A stretch of DNA of 20,280 nucleotides from Promethearchaeota archaeon (GTDB lineage: Archaea; Asgardarchaeota; Lokiarchaeia; Sigyniarchaeales; SOKP01): positions 1 to 20,280 of the forward strand of contig JAEOTS010000055.1 in the NCBI GenBank assembly GCA_016839745.1, in the 5' to 3' direction. The notes beneath the pieces are model-generated. The model was given only the letters and a program-made list of their open reading frames with translations. It did no database searches and had not been told where the DNA came from. The position numbers and the translations under genes are program-made. Of this stretch, positions 1 through 10,129 are shown piece after piece (position 1 is the stretch's first letter; every line of letters starts with the position of its first letter).

Positions 1-199
1 CGAATAAATTTCCTAAAGTATTCTTAATGTCGCTTACTCGATTGGCGTCATTCACGGTTAATTTTTCCTTCTTTTCACCAGGACCGATGGTGGACATGAA
101 ATACAAGGTGGACTTTTTTCCTGAGGATGGCGTCTTTGAAGCTGGTGTTTTTGACTTAACGGGTTTAAATTCATCATCAAAATCTTCTTCAAAACTCAT
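1..199 (-). CDS. Putative ubiquitin-like (beta-grasp) protein with acidic/Lys-Ser-Pro-rich N-terminal extension; partial, runs off the left edge
   Basis: Not in the ORF track. Hand translation from ATG at 199: MSFEEDFDDEFKPVKSKTPASKTPSSGKKSTLYFMSTIGPGEKKEKLTVNDANRVSDIKNTLGNLF, open to the edge. LYFMST..GEKKEKLTV....VSDIK aligns by eye with ubiquitin beta1-beta2-helix (IFVKT..GKTITLEV....IENVK). AGTGAT lies just upstream and TTTTATAA at ~251-258. Confidence 0.6.
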   Translation of the reverse strand, partial: MSFEEDFDDEFKPVKSKTPASKTPSSGKKSTLYFMSTIGPGEKKEKLTVNDANRVSDIKNTLGNLF

Positions 200-306
200 T
201 TAAATCACTAATACTTTTTTTGAGATTAATACTCTCATGGTAATTAAGTATTATAAAACCGGTTGGAATGAATTTGAAGTATTTACTTTTTTAAATTCCC
301 TTAAAT

Positions 307-328
307 AAAAAAAAGAAGTTTTTTCTTT
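307..328 (-). terminator. T-rich terminator-like element with a short inverted repeat after the permease gene
   Basis: On the minus strand the stop codon is followed by AAAAGAA-AAAAC-TTCTTTT running into a T tract. Confidence 0.4.
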
Positions 329-1180
329 TTAGTGTTGTTTATCTGTAAGCCCATGCCTAATTTTTCCAAAAAGAAAGAATGAGAAAAGAGAGAAAATGAT
401 AAAGATCGGGGCACTAATCAAGATTATAAATGTCACCCCATTAATAACCCAGTTATCGGTGGAGCTCAATGCTTGAAGCAGAAGTTCACCTATTCCTCCA
501 AAATTAAACATTATTTCTATTTGTATAAAAAATGTATATATAATTCCATAACTAACTCCAACTACTAAGATGAAAAGGATATTCGAATGTTTTTTTGTTT
601 TGTCTTTTGATAAATTTTTGAGATATATGCGAACTAAAATAATAGTCAATGCCATATGTGAAATTGTTAAGACAATCCACAAAAATACTAAATTAGATAT
701 TGGAAAGAATTGGAACGATAAGGTCAGTAATATTATAGGGATAGCAAATCCTAGTAGTGAAAGAATTTGCACAACTCTTTCTCCTGTTCTGGTGTTAAAT
801 TTCATAGTATAATTTCCAAGAATAAAACCCAGGACAAACCCTAGAACTAAAGGTATAAGTAAAAAGTATAAAGTGGATGGCATTCGATCCATTATCAACT
901 CGTATACTGGAGCACCCCTTAAGATACTTATGGAATGCCCCCAATTACCCGAAAGCATATCTCCTAGATATAGAAAGAATCGTTCGATAATTGGTCTATC
1001 GAATCCTAACATATGGGACATGGCATCATATTGTTCCTGAGTAAAGTGACTGGGTAAATAAGCTAATACTGGATCACCGGGAAGCACTAAGAATATGAGG
1101 AAGGAAATAACACTGGCAATAAAAATAGATACTATCCCTAAAACTAAAGTAATTAATACTCGCTTGATGGTTTTTTTCAT
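329..1180 (-). CDS. DppB/OppB-type ABC transporter permease, divergent (EAA loop missing)
   Basis: N-terminal PGDP...LGFDRP...RFFLYLGDMLSGNWGHS...PVYELIMDRMPSTL and C-terminal IEIMFNFGGIGELLLQAL..D..VING are DppB hallmarks. The usual DYIRTARAKG segment is absent. GAGGT RBS upstream. Confidence 0.8.
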   Translation of the reverse strand: MKKTIKRVLITLVLGIVSIFIASVISFLIFLVLPGDPVLAYLPSHFTQEQYDAMSHMLGFDRPIIERFFLYLGDMLSGNWGHSISILRGAPVYELIMDRMPSTLYFLLIPLVLGFVLGFILGNYTMKFNTRTGERVVQILSLLGFAIPIILLTLSFQFFPISNLVFLWIVLTISHMALTIILVRIYLKNLSKDKTKKHSNILFILVVGVSYGIIYTFFIQIEIMFNFGGIGELLLQALSSTDNWVINGVTFIILISAPIFIIFSLFSFFLFGKIRHGLTDKQH

Positions 1181-1225
1181 AGATTTACAACCTCTGGATT
1201 GCGTATAATATATTTATTTTTATAT

Positions 1226-2755
1226 TTATTTTTTGTAATACTTACGACAAAACTCAATAAAAACTAGTAGCGCTAATATTGTAATGCTCCAGTACAAAAT
1301 AAAAGGAAAATCTCGAAGAGTAGTCAGTGTATCTGGTCGGATATTACGGGGAACTGATTTCACTGTAAAAATAGCTTGGCCAAATGAAGGTATGGTAAGA
1401 TTAAGATGATAAGTGCCAAAAGCGTTAAATTGGACAATATAACCTGACATTCCCAATTCCGTAATATATGACATATTTACATCATCTCCAGGTACAATTT
1501 TTAAGATATCCCCATACCAAGCATTCCAATCAACTAAATAAAATTTAGTGGATTTTTCAATTTCAATCGTAAAGTTTCCAATTTGCGATGTCATATAGAT
1601 CGGAACTTTAGTATTATCTGTCATAACTCTTGTAAACTCGCTATTTACTATGCCGTTAAAATAAAATCCCGCTTCGCAATTTTTAACATAAAGATTATCT
1701 CCAAATATTTTACCTCCTCTAATATACATTGCGAGTTTTTGGTTTTCACATATAATATTACTCAAAATATTTTTTTGGTCTGGAAAAGTTGAAGAATACA
1801 GTTGGATTCCAATACTACATGGCTCTGTTATATGAATATTATTAAGAGTAAGGTTACTGCAAGAAGCAAAAATTAATTGTCCATAAAGAGATGCGTTAGT
1901 AAAAACCCAATTATCTATTCCCCAGAAGATCCCTATTGGTTTACCATTGACCGTATTAGTAATATCATAGTCTGTAACAAACATATATATCCAATCTGGA
2001 ACAAATCCACAATTTATAAATTCATTATAACGATTTTCTTGAACTAATCCCGCCACCATTCCTATTGAGCAATCTTCAATACGGCAATTATTAATAATGC
2101 CTCCATCTGATCTAACCCAAATACCGACTCCTCCATAATCTAAATAGTTATTAAAATCAATTTTAGCCGCAATTGAAACCCAGTTGCAATCGTGAATATA
2201 GCAATTTGAGATATTTACATCAACATGAGTCCATCTACTATAAAGACCTATACTGCAATCACTTATCTCAACATTTGAAATTGGATAGCTCCCAGGTGGG
2301 ACGCTGACATACAATTGAATCCCAATTGAAGTATGGGAAATTTTGGAATTCCGTATAATGAATGAACCACCGGCATTAATATATATTCCTACATATGATG
2401 TATTGAGTAATGTGTCATTACCGGATATTATCGTTTTAATCCCATCACCAATTATTTCAACATTTTCTATAATGTATGGATTAGACGCAGAACCGTTGCC
2501 CGTAATAAATGGATACAGAGCCCAATCGCTCCCCGTTGTAATGTTAATTGGATCAACTACTTGATAACCATTGCTACTATAGATATCTTTTTTCTCGTTA
2601 ATTACAGCATTCGTTCTGTCTTGATTGGAGTAGAAAATTTGATTCCCGAAGAAATCAAAATTCATTGCGGGTAATGTAGATGTTAAAAAAAGACAGAACA
2701 GAAATACTTTTGTATATTTCTTCTTTAAAAGAGTAAATAGTTTAATTCTAAGCAC
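1226..2755 (-). CDS. NosD-like right-handed beta-helix cell-surface protein with signal peptide and C-terminal TM anchor
   Basis: Basic/hydrophobic N-terminus, GNGSASNPYIIENVEI and NTVNGKPI motifs shared with the other NosD proteins here, PbH1-like repeats, and a C-terminal hydrophobic helix followed by RKYYKK. GTG start. Confidence 0.75.
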   Translation of the reverse strand: MLRIKLFTLLKKKYTKVFLFCLFLTSTLPAMNFDFFGNQIFYSNQDRTNAVINEKKDIYSSNGYQVVDPINITTGSDWALYPFITGNGSASNPYIIENVEIIGDGIKTIISGNDTLLNTSYVGIYINAGGSFIIRNSKISHTSIGIQLYVSVPPGSYPISNVEISDCSIGLYSRWTHVDVNISNCYIHDCNWVSIAAKIDFNNYLDYGGVGIWVRSDGGIINNCRIEDCSIGMVAGLVQENRYNEFINCGFVPDWIYMFVTDYDITNTVNGKPIGIFWGIDNWVFTNASLYGQLIFASCSNLTLNNIHITEPCSIGIQLYSSTFPDQKNILSNIICENQKLAMYIRGGKIFGDNLYVKNCEAGFYFNGIVNSEFTRVMTDNTKVPIYMTSQIGNFTIEIEKSTKFYLVDWNAWYGDILKIVPGDDVNMSYITELGMSGYIVQFNAFGTYHLNLTIPSFGQAIFTVKSVPRNIRPDTLTTLRDFPFILYWSITILALLVFIEFCRKYYKK

Positions 2756-2782
2756 CAGTTTATTGTTTGATTTTTGTCAAAA
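2619..2782 (-). repeat. Copy A of a duplicated 5'-leader plus signal-peptide module (copy B at 6891-7042)
   Basis: 2759-2782 is identical to 7019-7042. Similarity continues through the GTG start and signal peptide to GNQIFYSNQ. Confidence 0.85.
2772..2782. promoter_or_regulatory. Palindrome TTTTG-T-CAAAA, candidate operator between the TATA-like box (2811-2818) and the start codon
   Basis: Seen directly. The same TTTGTCAAA core occurs at 7031-7043, 15013-15023 and 15968-15980. Confidence 0.45.
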
Positions 2783-2848
2783 TCGTTATTACTAAAGTAG
2801 GTCACGCTCGTATTTATACTTAATTTAAAAAAAGGAGAAAAAGTTGAG

Positions 2849-2932
2849 TTAGGATTTCAGTCGTTTTCTGATAAGAAGAGCAGATATTACGCTAAGCGCT
2901 CCTAAAAGGAGGTAAAGATCGTATCCAGGGAT
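2849..2932 (-). other. Loki-CTERM-like C-terminal sorting signal (IPGY, TM helix, basic tail)
   Basis: IPGY is encoded at 2921-2932, followed by a hydrophobic helix and RKRLKS. Confidence 0.75.
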
Positions 2933-5900
2933 TCCAGGAGGAATCGGTTCTGAACTTGTTCTTTTTGTAATGATTACTGAACTCTGACCGACATTTCCAG
3001 CCTCGTCTTTCGCATAAAATCTCAAAGTTATGTGTCCATCTGATAAACTATTCCAAGCACTTTGGCTTATTGCCCCAGTTAATTCTGGAATAGTATAATT
3101 GGTTTGACCATCATCTAAAGAATACCAATACGAATCCAAAGAGGTTTCAACTATAGTAATGCTATAGAGTGGAGCAATATCTACAAATACTTCTCCGAAT
3201 TCGGGCTCGTTGATTGTAATTAAGGGTGTGACTAAATCCTTATTCATACTCACTTCCACAAAAGCCTCGTTATCGCCTTTATCCCTTACGTAAAATCTAA
3301 TGACAACTGTACCATCGCCGAACTTATCCCATTCTATTTGATCGATAGTGCCTGTAAACTCTGTGAACGGTATCAAAGTGGCCCCATAATCTAAAGTATA
3401 CCACATCATATCGATATTTGGCTCTACTACGGTTATATTATATTGAGGGGGTCGGAATCCAAAAAATTCATCTATAAGGGGGGAATTAATGGTAATTATA
3501 GGAATACTTGTATCCTTACTTACGGTTACATCGGCATAGTCTTCGTTTCCTGATTCGTCACGGGCATAAAATCTGATAGTAACATCTTCGGTGCTTTTTT
3601 TATCCCATTCCGTTTGAGATATAGTTCCAGTAAGGCTGCTGAGAGTAATATTAGTTAAACCACCATCTAAAGTATACCACATTGTATCTAAATTCAATTC
3701 AATTAGTGAGATTTCAAAATCGGGAGCGTCAGCGCCAAATACTTCATTTTCATTAGGAGAAATGATGTTAACAATTGGATCAATAAGATCTTTTATGACT
3801 ATTACTTCGGTATAGTCGGTATTTCCCATGGTATCGTTTGCGTAAAACCTAATTGGCACAATTCCGCTTCCCTTGCTATCCCATACTGATTGATCAATAA
3901 ATCCCGTAGAGCTAAATACAAGTATATTAGTTGCACCATTATCCAACGTGTACCACATTGAATCTAGATTAGAATCAGTAATTGAAACATCATAACTAGG
4001 AGCATCATACCCAAATACCTCATCTTCAACTGGGACATTGACTTGAATAATGGGATCAGTTACATCCTTTTCTACTGTTATTTCAGCATATCCTTTATTG
4101 CCCCATGTGTCGTTTGCGTAAAATCTAATGGTTATCATACCACTCCCTTTTTTGTTCCACTCCGTTTGACTTATATCTCCTGTAAAACCAGCGGTTGTAA
4201 TATTGATTACCCCGTCATCGAGAGTGTACCACATTGATTCAAAATCAGGTTCAATTACTGTTACGCTGAAGGAAGGAGCTGTAAATCCAAAAAGATCGTT
4301 CTCTATTGGAGTATTTATTGTAACAATTGGGTCGCTAATGTCTTTCCTTACAATTACTTCTGCATATCCTTCGTTTCCTCCCTTATCTTTCGCGTAAAAT
4401 ACTATAATGACCGTGCCGTTTCCTTGTTTATTCCATTCCGTTTGATCTATCGTCCCAGTTAAACTACCAAATGTGACGTTAGTAGCACCAGAATCAAGAG
4501 TATACCACATTAAGTCGGGATTCGATTCAGTTATAGTTATATCAAAATTAGGTGGTGCTTTTCCGAAGAGCTCATAAGGATCGGGCGAGTTAATCGATAT
4601 AACTGGTGATGTAAGGTCTTTAACCACATTAACTTCGGAAAAATCTACATTTCCAAAGGAATCGTTCGCGTAAAATCTTATAGGGAAGGTCCCTCCTCCT
4701 TTTTTTGCCCATTCGGTTTGATCAATTGTTCCCGTTGAACCAGTGAACGATACATTAATGCTTCCGTAATCTAATGTGTACCAAGTTGAGTCGATCTCGT
4801 GCTCAAGTATGGTTAAGTCGAAAGTTGGAGCGTTCACTCCACACACTTGATTTTCGCTCGGGGAATTAATTGTAATTAAAGGAGCTAAAATATCTTTTCG
4901 AACCGTAACTTCGGCTTGCCCTACATTTCCCAAGGAATTATTTGCATAGAAAGAAATCATTACCGTACCATTACTTTGTTTGTCCCATTCACTCTGATCT
5001 ATCGTTCCCATTGTCTCGTTGGAGTAAATGTTAGTAGATCCTCCATCGAGCGAATACCATGTAAAATTGTAATCGGGATCATCAATGGAAATCTGGTAAT
5101 TTGGGGCAACTAAACCAAATACATTATCAGGTAAAGGAAACATTATTGTAATAACTGGAGCATATATTGGAAAATTATCTTGACTTCCCGCTGTACCTGG
5201 AACTAAATATGGAGTATCACCTATTCCGTCATTGTTTACATCAACACCATCGTAATCATCCCAATAATTTCCTATTGTTCCATTATCCCAATAGTTATAA
5301 CTTCCATTATCAATAGCATTTATTTTATTTGCTATGAAAAAATTTAAATATAGAAGATTACTCTCTGAATCACTATCTAAGCTAATTCCTTTATTAGAAT
5401 TACTTTGTATATCATTTCTAAAAATAGTATTATTATCACTTTGAAGAATTTCAAATCCATTCTCAACATTTGAATAAACTGTATTGTTATAAATAGTATG
5501 ATTATATCCTCTCAAATTAATTCCATTTCTTTGATTATTGCTAATTTTGTTTGATGATATTGTAAAATTGTTTCCTGAGAGATATATCGCATCCCAAATA
5601 TTGTATGAGATGTTATTTTTTTTTATATTATTATGTGAACCTCCCAGACTAGCTATGCCCCAAGAATTATATGCTATTTCATTAGAATCGATTGAAGTAT
5701 TGGAACAAATTTCTAAGTTAATCCCACCCTGTTGAAAGGGAAATGGAAAGGGCATTTCTGCTGTGTTATTTTTTACTACATTTCTTTGAATTATGTTATT
5801 ATCGCTTGAAGCGAGATAAATTCCTATACTTCCCATGTCATGCCAACCAATATTATCCGTTATGATATTCTCGGATATATTATTATATTCAGATGCATAA

Positions 5901-7015
5901 ATGTCTATACCATAAAAGTTGGTTGAAAAATTATTTTTCGTTATTTTATTATTATTAGAATGCCATAAAGTTACTCCTGAATGACCATTTGAAAAACTCA
6001 GATTCGATATTACTGAATTATTACAATTATATAGTAAAATTTGACCAGCATTCGTAAAATTATCCATTCCTAATCCATTTTCATTCTTATAGTAATAAAC
6101 TGGTTTCCCGTTCACATTATTAAGCGGATCAATACTTATTGATGCTAATTCTGATGTGCTACCATACAGTTCCAATCCATTACCAATCATAGTATTATTC
6201 GAAACATATGTATTCATGCCCCGAATATATAATCCTGTTTTCATACGAGGATTATGCAATAAGAGGTTATTTGTTATGTTTGCATTTTGACTATCCATAG
6301 TAACTACAATTCCATTCCCGGAATTAATTACTGTATTACCATCAACAACACAATTATTACTTTCTGAAACTAAAATTCCTCTATTTATTGTATCTATTAT
6401 TGTATTATTATAAATTCTATTATTGTTGCTTGATTCTGATATATGAATTCCGAAAATATTTGAACTCAATTTATTATTTTGAACGATATTATTTTCACTT
6501 CCAGTATATAATGTAATTCCTGAACCATCATTATTTAATATAGTATTGTTATGTAATATTCCATTATTTACATTTTCAAATCTAATTGCGCTATCCCACA
6601 TTCCACCTCCCCCATTAACAACGGTAGAATTTACTATTTTAAAATATACATTAGAATTCCTAATAAGAATCCCACTTCCAGAACCTCCTACATCTACATA
6701 TATATCATCAATAACATAAGGATTTCCCGAAGTACCTCCTCCAGAACACCATGGTTGTGAGACAGCCTGAGCCCATGTATAATCTCCACCCCCTGAATCA
6801 TCGATAACAAAAGGAGTTAATGGGGTTGTCGATGTTTTTATATTCTTTTCAATATCTTTTTGAACTTTATTAATTACATTAATCTTTTTTTCTTGATTGG
6901 AATAGAAAATTTGATTCCCGAGGATATTATAATTTAATACAATCAAAAAAAGACAACACAGAAATATTTTGGCATAATTCTTCTTCAGAAAACAAATTAG
7001 TTTAATTTTAAGCAC
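2849..7015 (-). CDS. Large surface protein: signal peptide, NosD/PbH1 beta-helix region, eight ~91-aa Ig-like repeats, Loki-CTERM-type sorting tail
   Basis: GNYWDDYDGVDVNNDGIGDTPY is the typical NosD C-terminal motif. Repeats contain WYTLD.G.TN, IDQTEW and IRFYAND..GN. Tail is IPGYDLYLLLGALSVISALLIRKRLKS. Start placed at GTG 7015 rather than TTG 7018 because the GTG is conserved in the paralogue at 2755. Confidence 0.85.
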   Translation of the reverse strand: MLKIKLICFLKKNYAKIFLCCLFLIVLNYNILGNQIFYSNQEKKINVINKVQKDIEKNIKTSTTPLTPFVIDDSGGGDYTWAQAVSQPWCSGGGTSGNPYVIDDIYVDVGGSGSGILIRNSNVYFKIVNSTVVNGGGGMWDSAIRFENVNNGILHNNTILNNDGSGITLYTGSENNIVQNNKLSSNIFGIHISESSNNNRIYNNTIIDTINRGILVSESNNCVVDGNTVINSGNGIVVTMDSQNANITNNLLLHNPRMKTGLYIRGMNTYVSNNTMIGNGLELYGSTSELASISIDPLNNVNGKPVYYYKNENGLGMDNFTNAGQILLYNCNNSVISNLSFSNGHSGVTLWHSNNNKITKNNFSTNFYGIDIYASEYNNISENIITDNIGWHDMGSIGIYLASSDNNIIQRNVVKNNTAEMPFPFPFQQGGINLEICSNTSIDSNEIAYNSWGIASLGGSHNNIKKNNISYNIWDAIYLSGNNFTISSNKISNNQRNGINLRGYNHTIYNNTVYSNVENGFEILQSDNNTIFRNDIQSNSNKGISLDSDSESNLLYLNFFIANKINAIDNGSYNYWDNGTIGNYWDDYDGVDVNNDGIGDTPYLVPGTAGSQDNFPIYAPVITIMFPLPDNVFGLVAPNYQISIDDPDYNFTWYSLDGGSTNIYSNETMGTIDQSEWDKQSNGTVMISFYANNSLGNVGQAEVTVRKDILAPLITINSPSENQVCGVNAPTFDLTILEHEIDSTWYTLDYGSINVSFTGSTGTIDQTEWAKKGGGTFPIRFYANDSFGNVDFSEVNVVKDLTSPVISINSPDPYELFGKAPPNFDITITESNPDLMWYTLDSGATNVTFGSLTGTIDQTEWNKQGNGTVIIVFYAKDKGGNEGYAEVIVRKDISDPIVTINTPIENDLFGFTAPSFSVTVIEPDFESMWYTLDDGVINITTAGFTGDISQTEWNKKGSGMITIRFYANDTWGNKGYAEITVEKDVTDPIIQVNVPVEDEVFGYDAPSYDVSITDSNLDSMWYTLDNGATNILVFSSTGFIDQSVWDSKGSGIVPIRFYANDTMGNTDYTEVIVIKDLIDPIVNIISPNENEVFGADAPDFEISLIELNLDTMWYTLDGGLTNITLSSLTGTISQTEWDKKSTEDVTIRFYARDESGNEDYADVTVSKDTSIPIITINSPLIDEFFGFRPPQYNITVVEPNIDMMWYTLDYGATLIPFTEFTGTIDQIEWDKFGDGTVVIRFYVRDKGDNEAFVEVSMNKDLVTPLITINEPEFGEVFVDIAPLYSITIVETSLDSYWYSLDDGQTNYTIPELTGAISQSAWNSLSDGHITLRFYAKDEAGNVGQSSVIITKRTSSEPIPPGIPGYDLYLLLGALSVISALLIRKRLKS
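2960..5161 (-). repeat. Eight tandem ~273-bp (~91-aa) Ig-like domain repeats within the surface protein
   Basis: Units begin APVITIMFP, APLITINSP, SPVISINSP, DPIVTINTP, DPIIQVNVP, DPIVNIISP, IPIITINSP and TPLITINEP; units 1-7 end in KD and unit 8 in KR. Confidence 0.85.
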
Positions 7016-7042
7016 CAATTTATTGTTTGATTTTTGTCAAAA
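6891..7042 (-). repeat. Copy B of the duplicated leader plus signal-peptide module
   Basis: See 2619-2782. Includes most of the 13-bp palindrome TTTTTG-T-CAAAAA at 7031-7043. Confidence 0.85.
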
Positions 7043-7068
7043 AATTATATGAAAATAAGATATTAATG

Positions 7069-7109
7069 TATATAAATGATGACTTTTACTCAAGTCTTCA
7101 ATTTATATA
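7069..7109. promoter_or_regulatory. Back-to-back archaeal TATA boxes (divergent promoters)
   Basis: TTTATATA on the minus strand at 7069-7076 (surface protein) and TTTATATA on the plus strand at 7102-7109, 22 nt before ATG 7132, consistent with a leaderless mRNA. Confidence 0.65.
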
Positions 7110-7131
7110 GGATGTATTCTAATAAGGACTT

Positions 7132-8052
7132 ATGAAAGCAGTTGTTTACACAAAATACGGACCTCCCGATGTTCTTCAGTTCAAAGAGGTAGAAAAACCT
7201 ACTCCCAAGGACAATGAAGTACTGATAAAAATACACGCAACAACAGTAACAGCAGGGGATGCGATAATGCGAAGGGGTAAACACCCTACTTCTAAATTTC
7301 AAACTCTCATGTTACATTTAGTGTTAGGTATCAGAAAACCAAAAAGACCTATACTCGGGATGGAGCTAGCCGGGGAAATTGAAGCGGTAGGCAAAGATGT
7401 CAAGCTGTTTAAAAAAGGCGACCAGGTTTTTGCATCTACCTTCTGGGTAAAGTTTGGTGGTTATGCCGAGTACAAATGTATGCCTGAAGATGGGATGTTA
7501 GCACTAAAACCAACCAATTTGACCCTTGGTGAAACTGCCGCAGGCTTTGCTTCTGGTGGACTTACAGCATTGCTTCTTCTTAGAAAAGGAAATATCCAGA
7601 GCGGACAAAAAGTTCTTATTAATGGCGCTTCTGGAAGTGTAGGGTCCTTTGCAGTACAGCTTGCCAAGCACTTTGGAGCGGAGGTTACTGGGGTATGCAG
7701 TACCTCGAATTTAGAATTAGTAAAATCTCTGGGCGCCGATAAGGTAATTGATTATACTAAAGAGGATTTTACCCAAAGCGGTGAGACTTATGATATCATT
7801 TTTGACGCTGTAGCTAAGACTTCGTCTTCACGATGTAAGAGAGCGCTAAAGGAGAAAGGAATCTTTCTTTCCGTTTTGAAATCCTCAGGAAAGGAAAATA
7901 CCGAAGATCTAATCTTCCTCAAAGAGCTTATTGAAGCGAGAAAGATAAAACCGGTCATAGATAAAACCTATCCTTTTGAACAAATTGTTGAAGCTCATAG
8001 TTATGTTGATACAGGGCGCAAAAAGGGAAATGTAGTCATAACTTTAGAATAA
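7132..8052 (+). CDS. NAD(P)-dependent MDR-family oxidoreductase (zinc-independent, Qor-like 'alcohol dehydrogenase'), copy 1
   Basis: [38 protein letters not shown] nucleotide-binding loop, GADKVIDY, C-terminal KKGNVVI. No GHE or 4-Cys zinc motifs. Confidence 0.9.
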   Translation: MKAVVYTKYGPPDVLQFKEVEKPTPKDNEVLIKIHATTVTAGDAIMRRGKHPTSKFQTLMLHLVLGIRKPKRPILGMELAGEIEAVGKDVKLFKKGDQVFASTFWVKFGGYAEYKCMPEDGMLALKPTNLTLGETAAGFASGGLTALLLLRKGNIQSGQKVLINGASGSVGSFAVQLAKHFGAEVTGVCSTSNLELVKSLGADKVIDYTKEDFTQSGETYDIIFDAVAKTSSSRCKRALKEKGIFLSVLKSSGKENTEDLIFLKELIEARKIKPVIDKTYPFEQIVEAHSYVDTGRKKGNVVITLE

Positions 8053-8057
8053 TACTC

Positions 8058-9050
8058 ATGAAAGCGATTGTATGGACAAAATACGGGCCTCCGGATGTTC
8101 TTCAGCTTAAAGAGATAGAAAAGCCTACTCCTAAGGACAATGAAGTTCTGATAAAAATACATGCGACAACAGTAACATCAGGGGACTGTGAACAGCGAAG
8201 TCTCAAATTACCAATCTTGTACCGACTCCTCATGCGACTATATATTGGTCTTAGAAAACCAAAGAGAATAACTATACTAGGGATGGAGTTAGCCGGGGAA
8301 ATTGAATCAGTCGGTAAAGATGTAAAGCTATTTAAGGAAGGAGACCAAGTTTTTGCAGCTACCGGTTTTGTTGGTATGGGTACTTATGCTGAATACATAT
8401 GTCTGCCTGAAGAACCTAAAGAAGGGGTACTAGCACTAAAACCAACTAATATGACCTATGAGGAAGCAACCGCCGTTCCTGTTGGGGGAATTGAAGCATT
8501 GCATTTTATTAGAAAAGGAAATATCAAGAGCGGCCAAAAGGTTTTGATTAATGGTGCTTCTGGAACCATAGGCACTTTTGCGGTACAGCTTGCCAAGTAC
8601 TTTGGGGGTGAAGTGACTGGCGTGGCCGGCACGAGGAACTTGGACATGCTACGTTCCATTGGTGCAGACCAGGTCATTGATTACACTCAAGAAGATTTCA
8701 CCAAAAGAGGTGAGACCTATGATTTTATTCTTGACATTGTAAGCAAGAGTTCGTTTTCAGGTAGTATAAGATCGCTAAAACAAAACGGATTCTATCTTAT
8801 AGCTGACCCGGGGCTGTCACAGATGGTTCGAGGGCGATGGACTTCAATGACAAGCAACAAAAAAGTGATGTTTAGGGCAGCACACCCAAAGATTGAAGAT
8901 TTAATTTACCTCAAAGAGCTTATTGAGGCAGGGAAGCTAAAATCGGTCATAGATAGACGCTATCCGCTGGAACAGACTGCCGAGGCCCACAAGTATGTTG
9001 AAACAGGTAATAAAAAGGGACATGTGATAATAACTGTGGAACATAAGTAA
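8058..9050 (+). CDS. NAD(P)-dependent MDR-family oxidoreductase, copy 2
   Basis: Same motifs as copy 1 ([17 protein letters not shown]). Confidence 0.9.
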   Translation: MKAIVWTKYGPPDVLQLKEIEKPTPKDNEVLIKIHATTVTSGDCEQRSLKLPILYRLLMRLYIGLRKPKRITILGMELAGEIESVGKDVKLFKEGDQVFAATGFVGMGTYAEYICLPEEPKEGVLALKPTNMTYEEATAVPVGGIEALHFIRKGNIKSGQKVLINGASGTIGTFAVQLAKYFGGEVTGVAGTRNLDMLRSIGADQVIDYTQEDFTKRGETYDFILDIVSKSSFSGSIRSLKQNGFYLIADPGLSQMVRGRWTSMTSNKKVMFRAAHPKIEDLIYLKELIEAGKLKSVIDRRYPLEQTAEAHKYVETGNKKGHVIITVEHK

Positions 9051-9070
9051 TAAAATAAAATGGTGAAAAA

Positions 9071-10078
9071 ATGGAAAATAAAATGAAAGCGATTGTATGT
9101 ACAAAATACGGGCCTCCGGATGTTCTTCAGCTCAAAGAGGTAGAAAAACCTACTCCTACGGACAATGAAGTACTGATAAAAATATATGCAACAACAGTAA
9201 CAAAAGGGGACTGTGAACTTCGAAGAGGCGAAATCCCTATCACCATCTTGTTATGGCTCCCCATGCGAATAGCAGTTGGTTTCAGAGGACCCAGAAAAAA
9301 AATACTAGGACAAGAGCTAGCCGGAAAAATTGAAGCAGTAGGCAAAGATGTAAAACTGTTTAGGAAAGATGACCAAGTTTTTGCAGCTACCGGTTTTGGT
9401 TTTGGTGCTTATGCAGAGTACATATGTCTGCCTGAAGAATCGAATGGAGGGAAGACGGGGATAGTAGCACTAAAACCGGCTAATACGACCTATGAGGAAG
9501 CAGCCGCCGTTCCTGTTGGAGGACTTGAAGCATTGCATTTTCTTAGAAAAGTAAATATTCAGAGCGGACACAAGGTTTTGATTAATGGTGCGAGTGGAAC
9601 TATTGGTACGTTTGCCGTGCAGATAGCCAAAATGTTTGGGGCTGAAGTGACTGGCGTAGCCAGCACGAAGAAATTGGACATGGTGCGCTCGATTGGTGCA
9701 GACCATGTCATTGATTACACTCAAGAAGATTTCACCAAAAACGGTGAGACCTATGATGTTATTTTTGATGTGGTAGGAAAGAGCTCGTTTTCAAGTTGTT
9801 TAAGATCGCTAAAGAATAAAGGATTCTATCTTATAGCTAACCCTAGGCTGTCATCTATTGTTCGAGGGAAATGGACTTCAAGGACAAGCAGCAAGAGTGT
9901 AATAAATTGGACAGCAAGCCAAAGGACCGAAGATTTAATTTTCCTCAAAGAGATTATTGAGGCGGGGAAGCTAAAATCGGTCATAGATAAATCATATCCG
10001 TTGGAACAAATGGTCGAGGCTCATACCTATGTTGATAAAGGACACAAAAAGGGAAATGTGGTAATAACTGTAGAATAG
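9071..10078 (+). CDS. NAD(P)-dependent MDR-family oxidoreductase, copy 3
   Basis: Same motifs; GGTGA RBS at 9062-9066. Confidence 0.9.
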   Translation: MENKMKAIVCTKYGPPDVLQLKEVEKPTPTDNEVLIKIYATTVTKGDCELRRGEIPITILLWLPMRIAVGFRGPRKKILGQELAGKIEAVGKDVKLFRKDDQVFAATGFGFGAYAEYICLPEESNGGKTGIVALKPANTTYEEAAAVPVGGLEALHFLRKVNIQSGHKVLINGASGTIGTFAVQIAKMFGAEVTGVASTKKLDMVRSIGADHVIDYTQEDFTKNGETYDVIFDVVGKSSFSSCLRSLKNKGFYLIANPRLSSIVRGKWTSRTSSKSVINWTASQRTEDLIFLKEIIEAGKLKSVIDKSYPLEQMVEAHTYVDKGHKKGNVVITVE

Positions 10079-10129
10079 ATAAACAAACTATAATTTCTCA
10101 ATTGTTAGAAAATATTCGTTATAATGCAT

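Noticed and set aside
1226-7015. Nitrous-oxide reductase maturation (true nosD) function
   Set aside because: No nosZ/F/Y nearby; signal peptides, Ig-like stalks and membrane anchors indicate generic beta-helix surface proteins.
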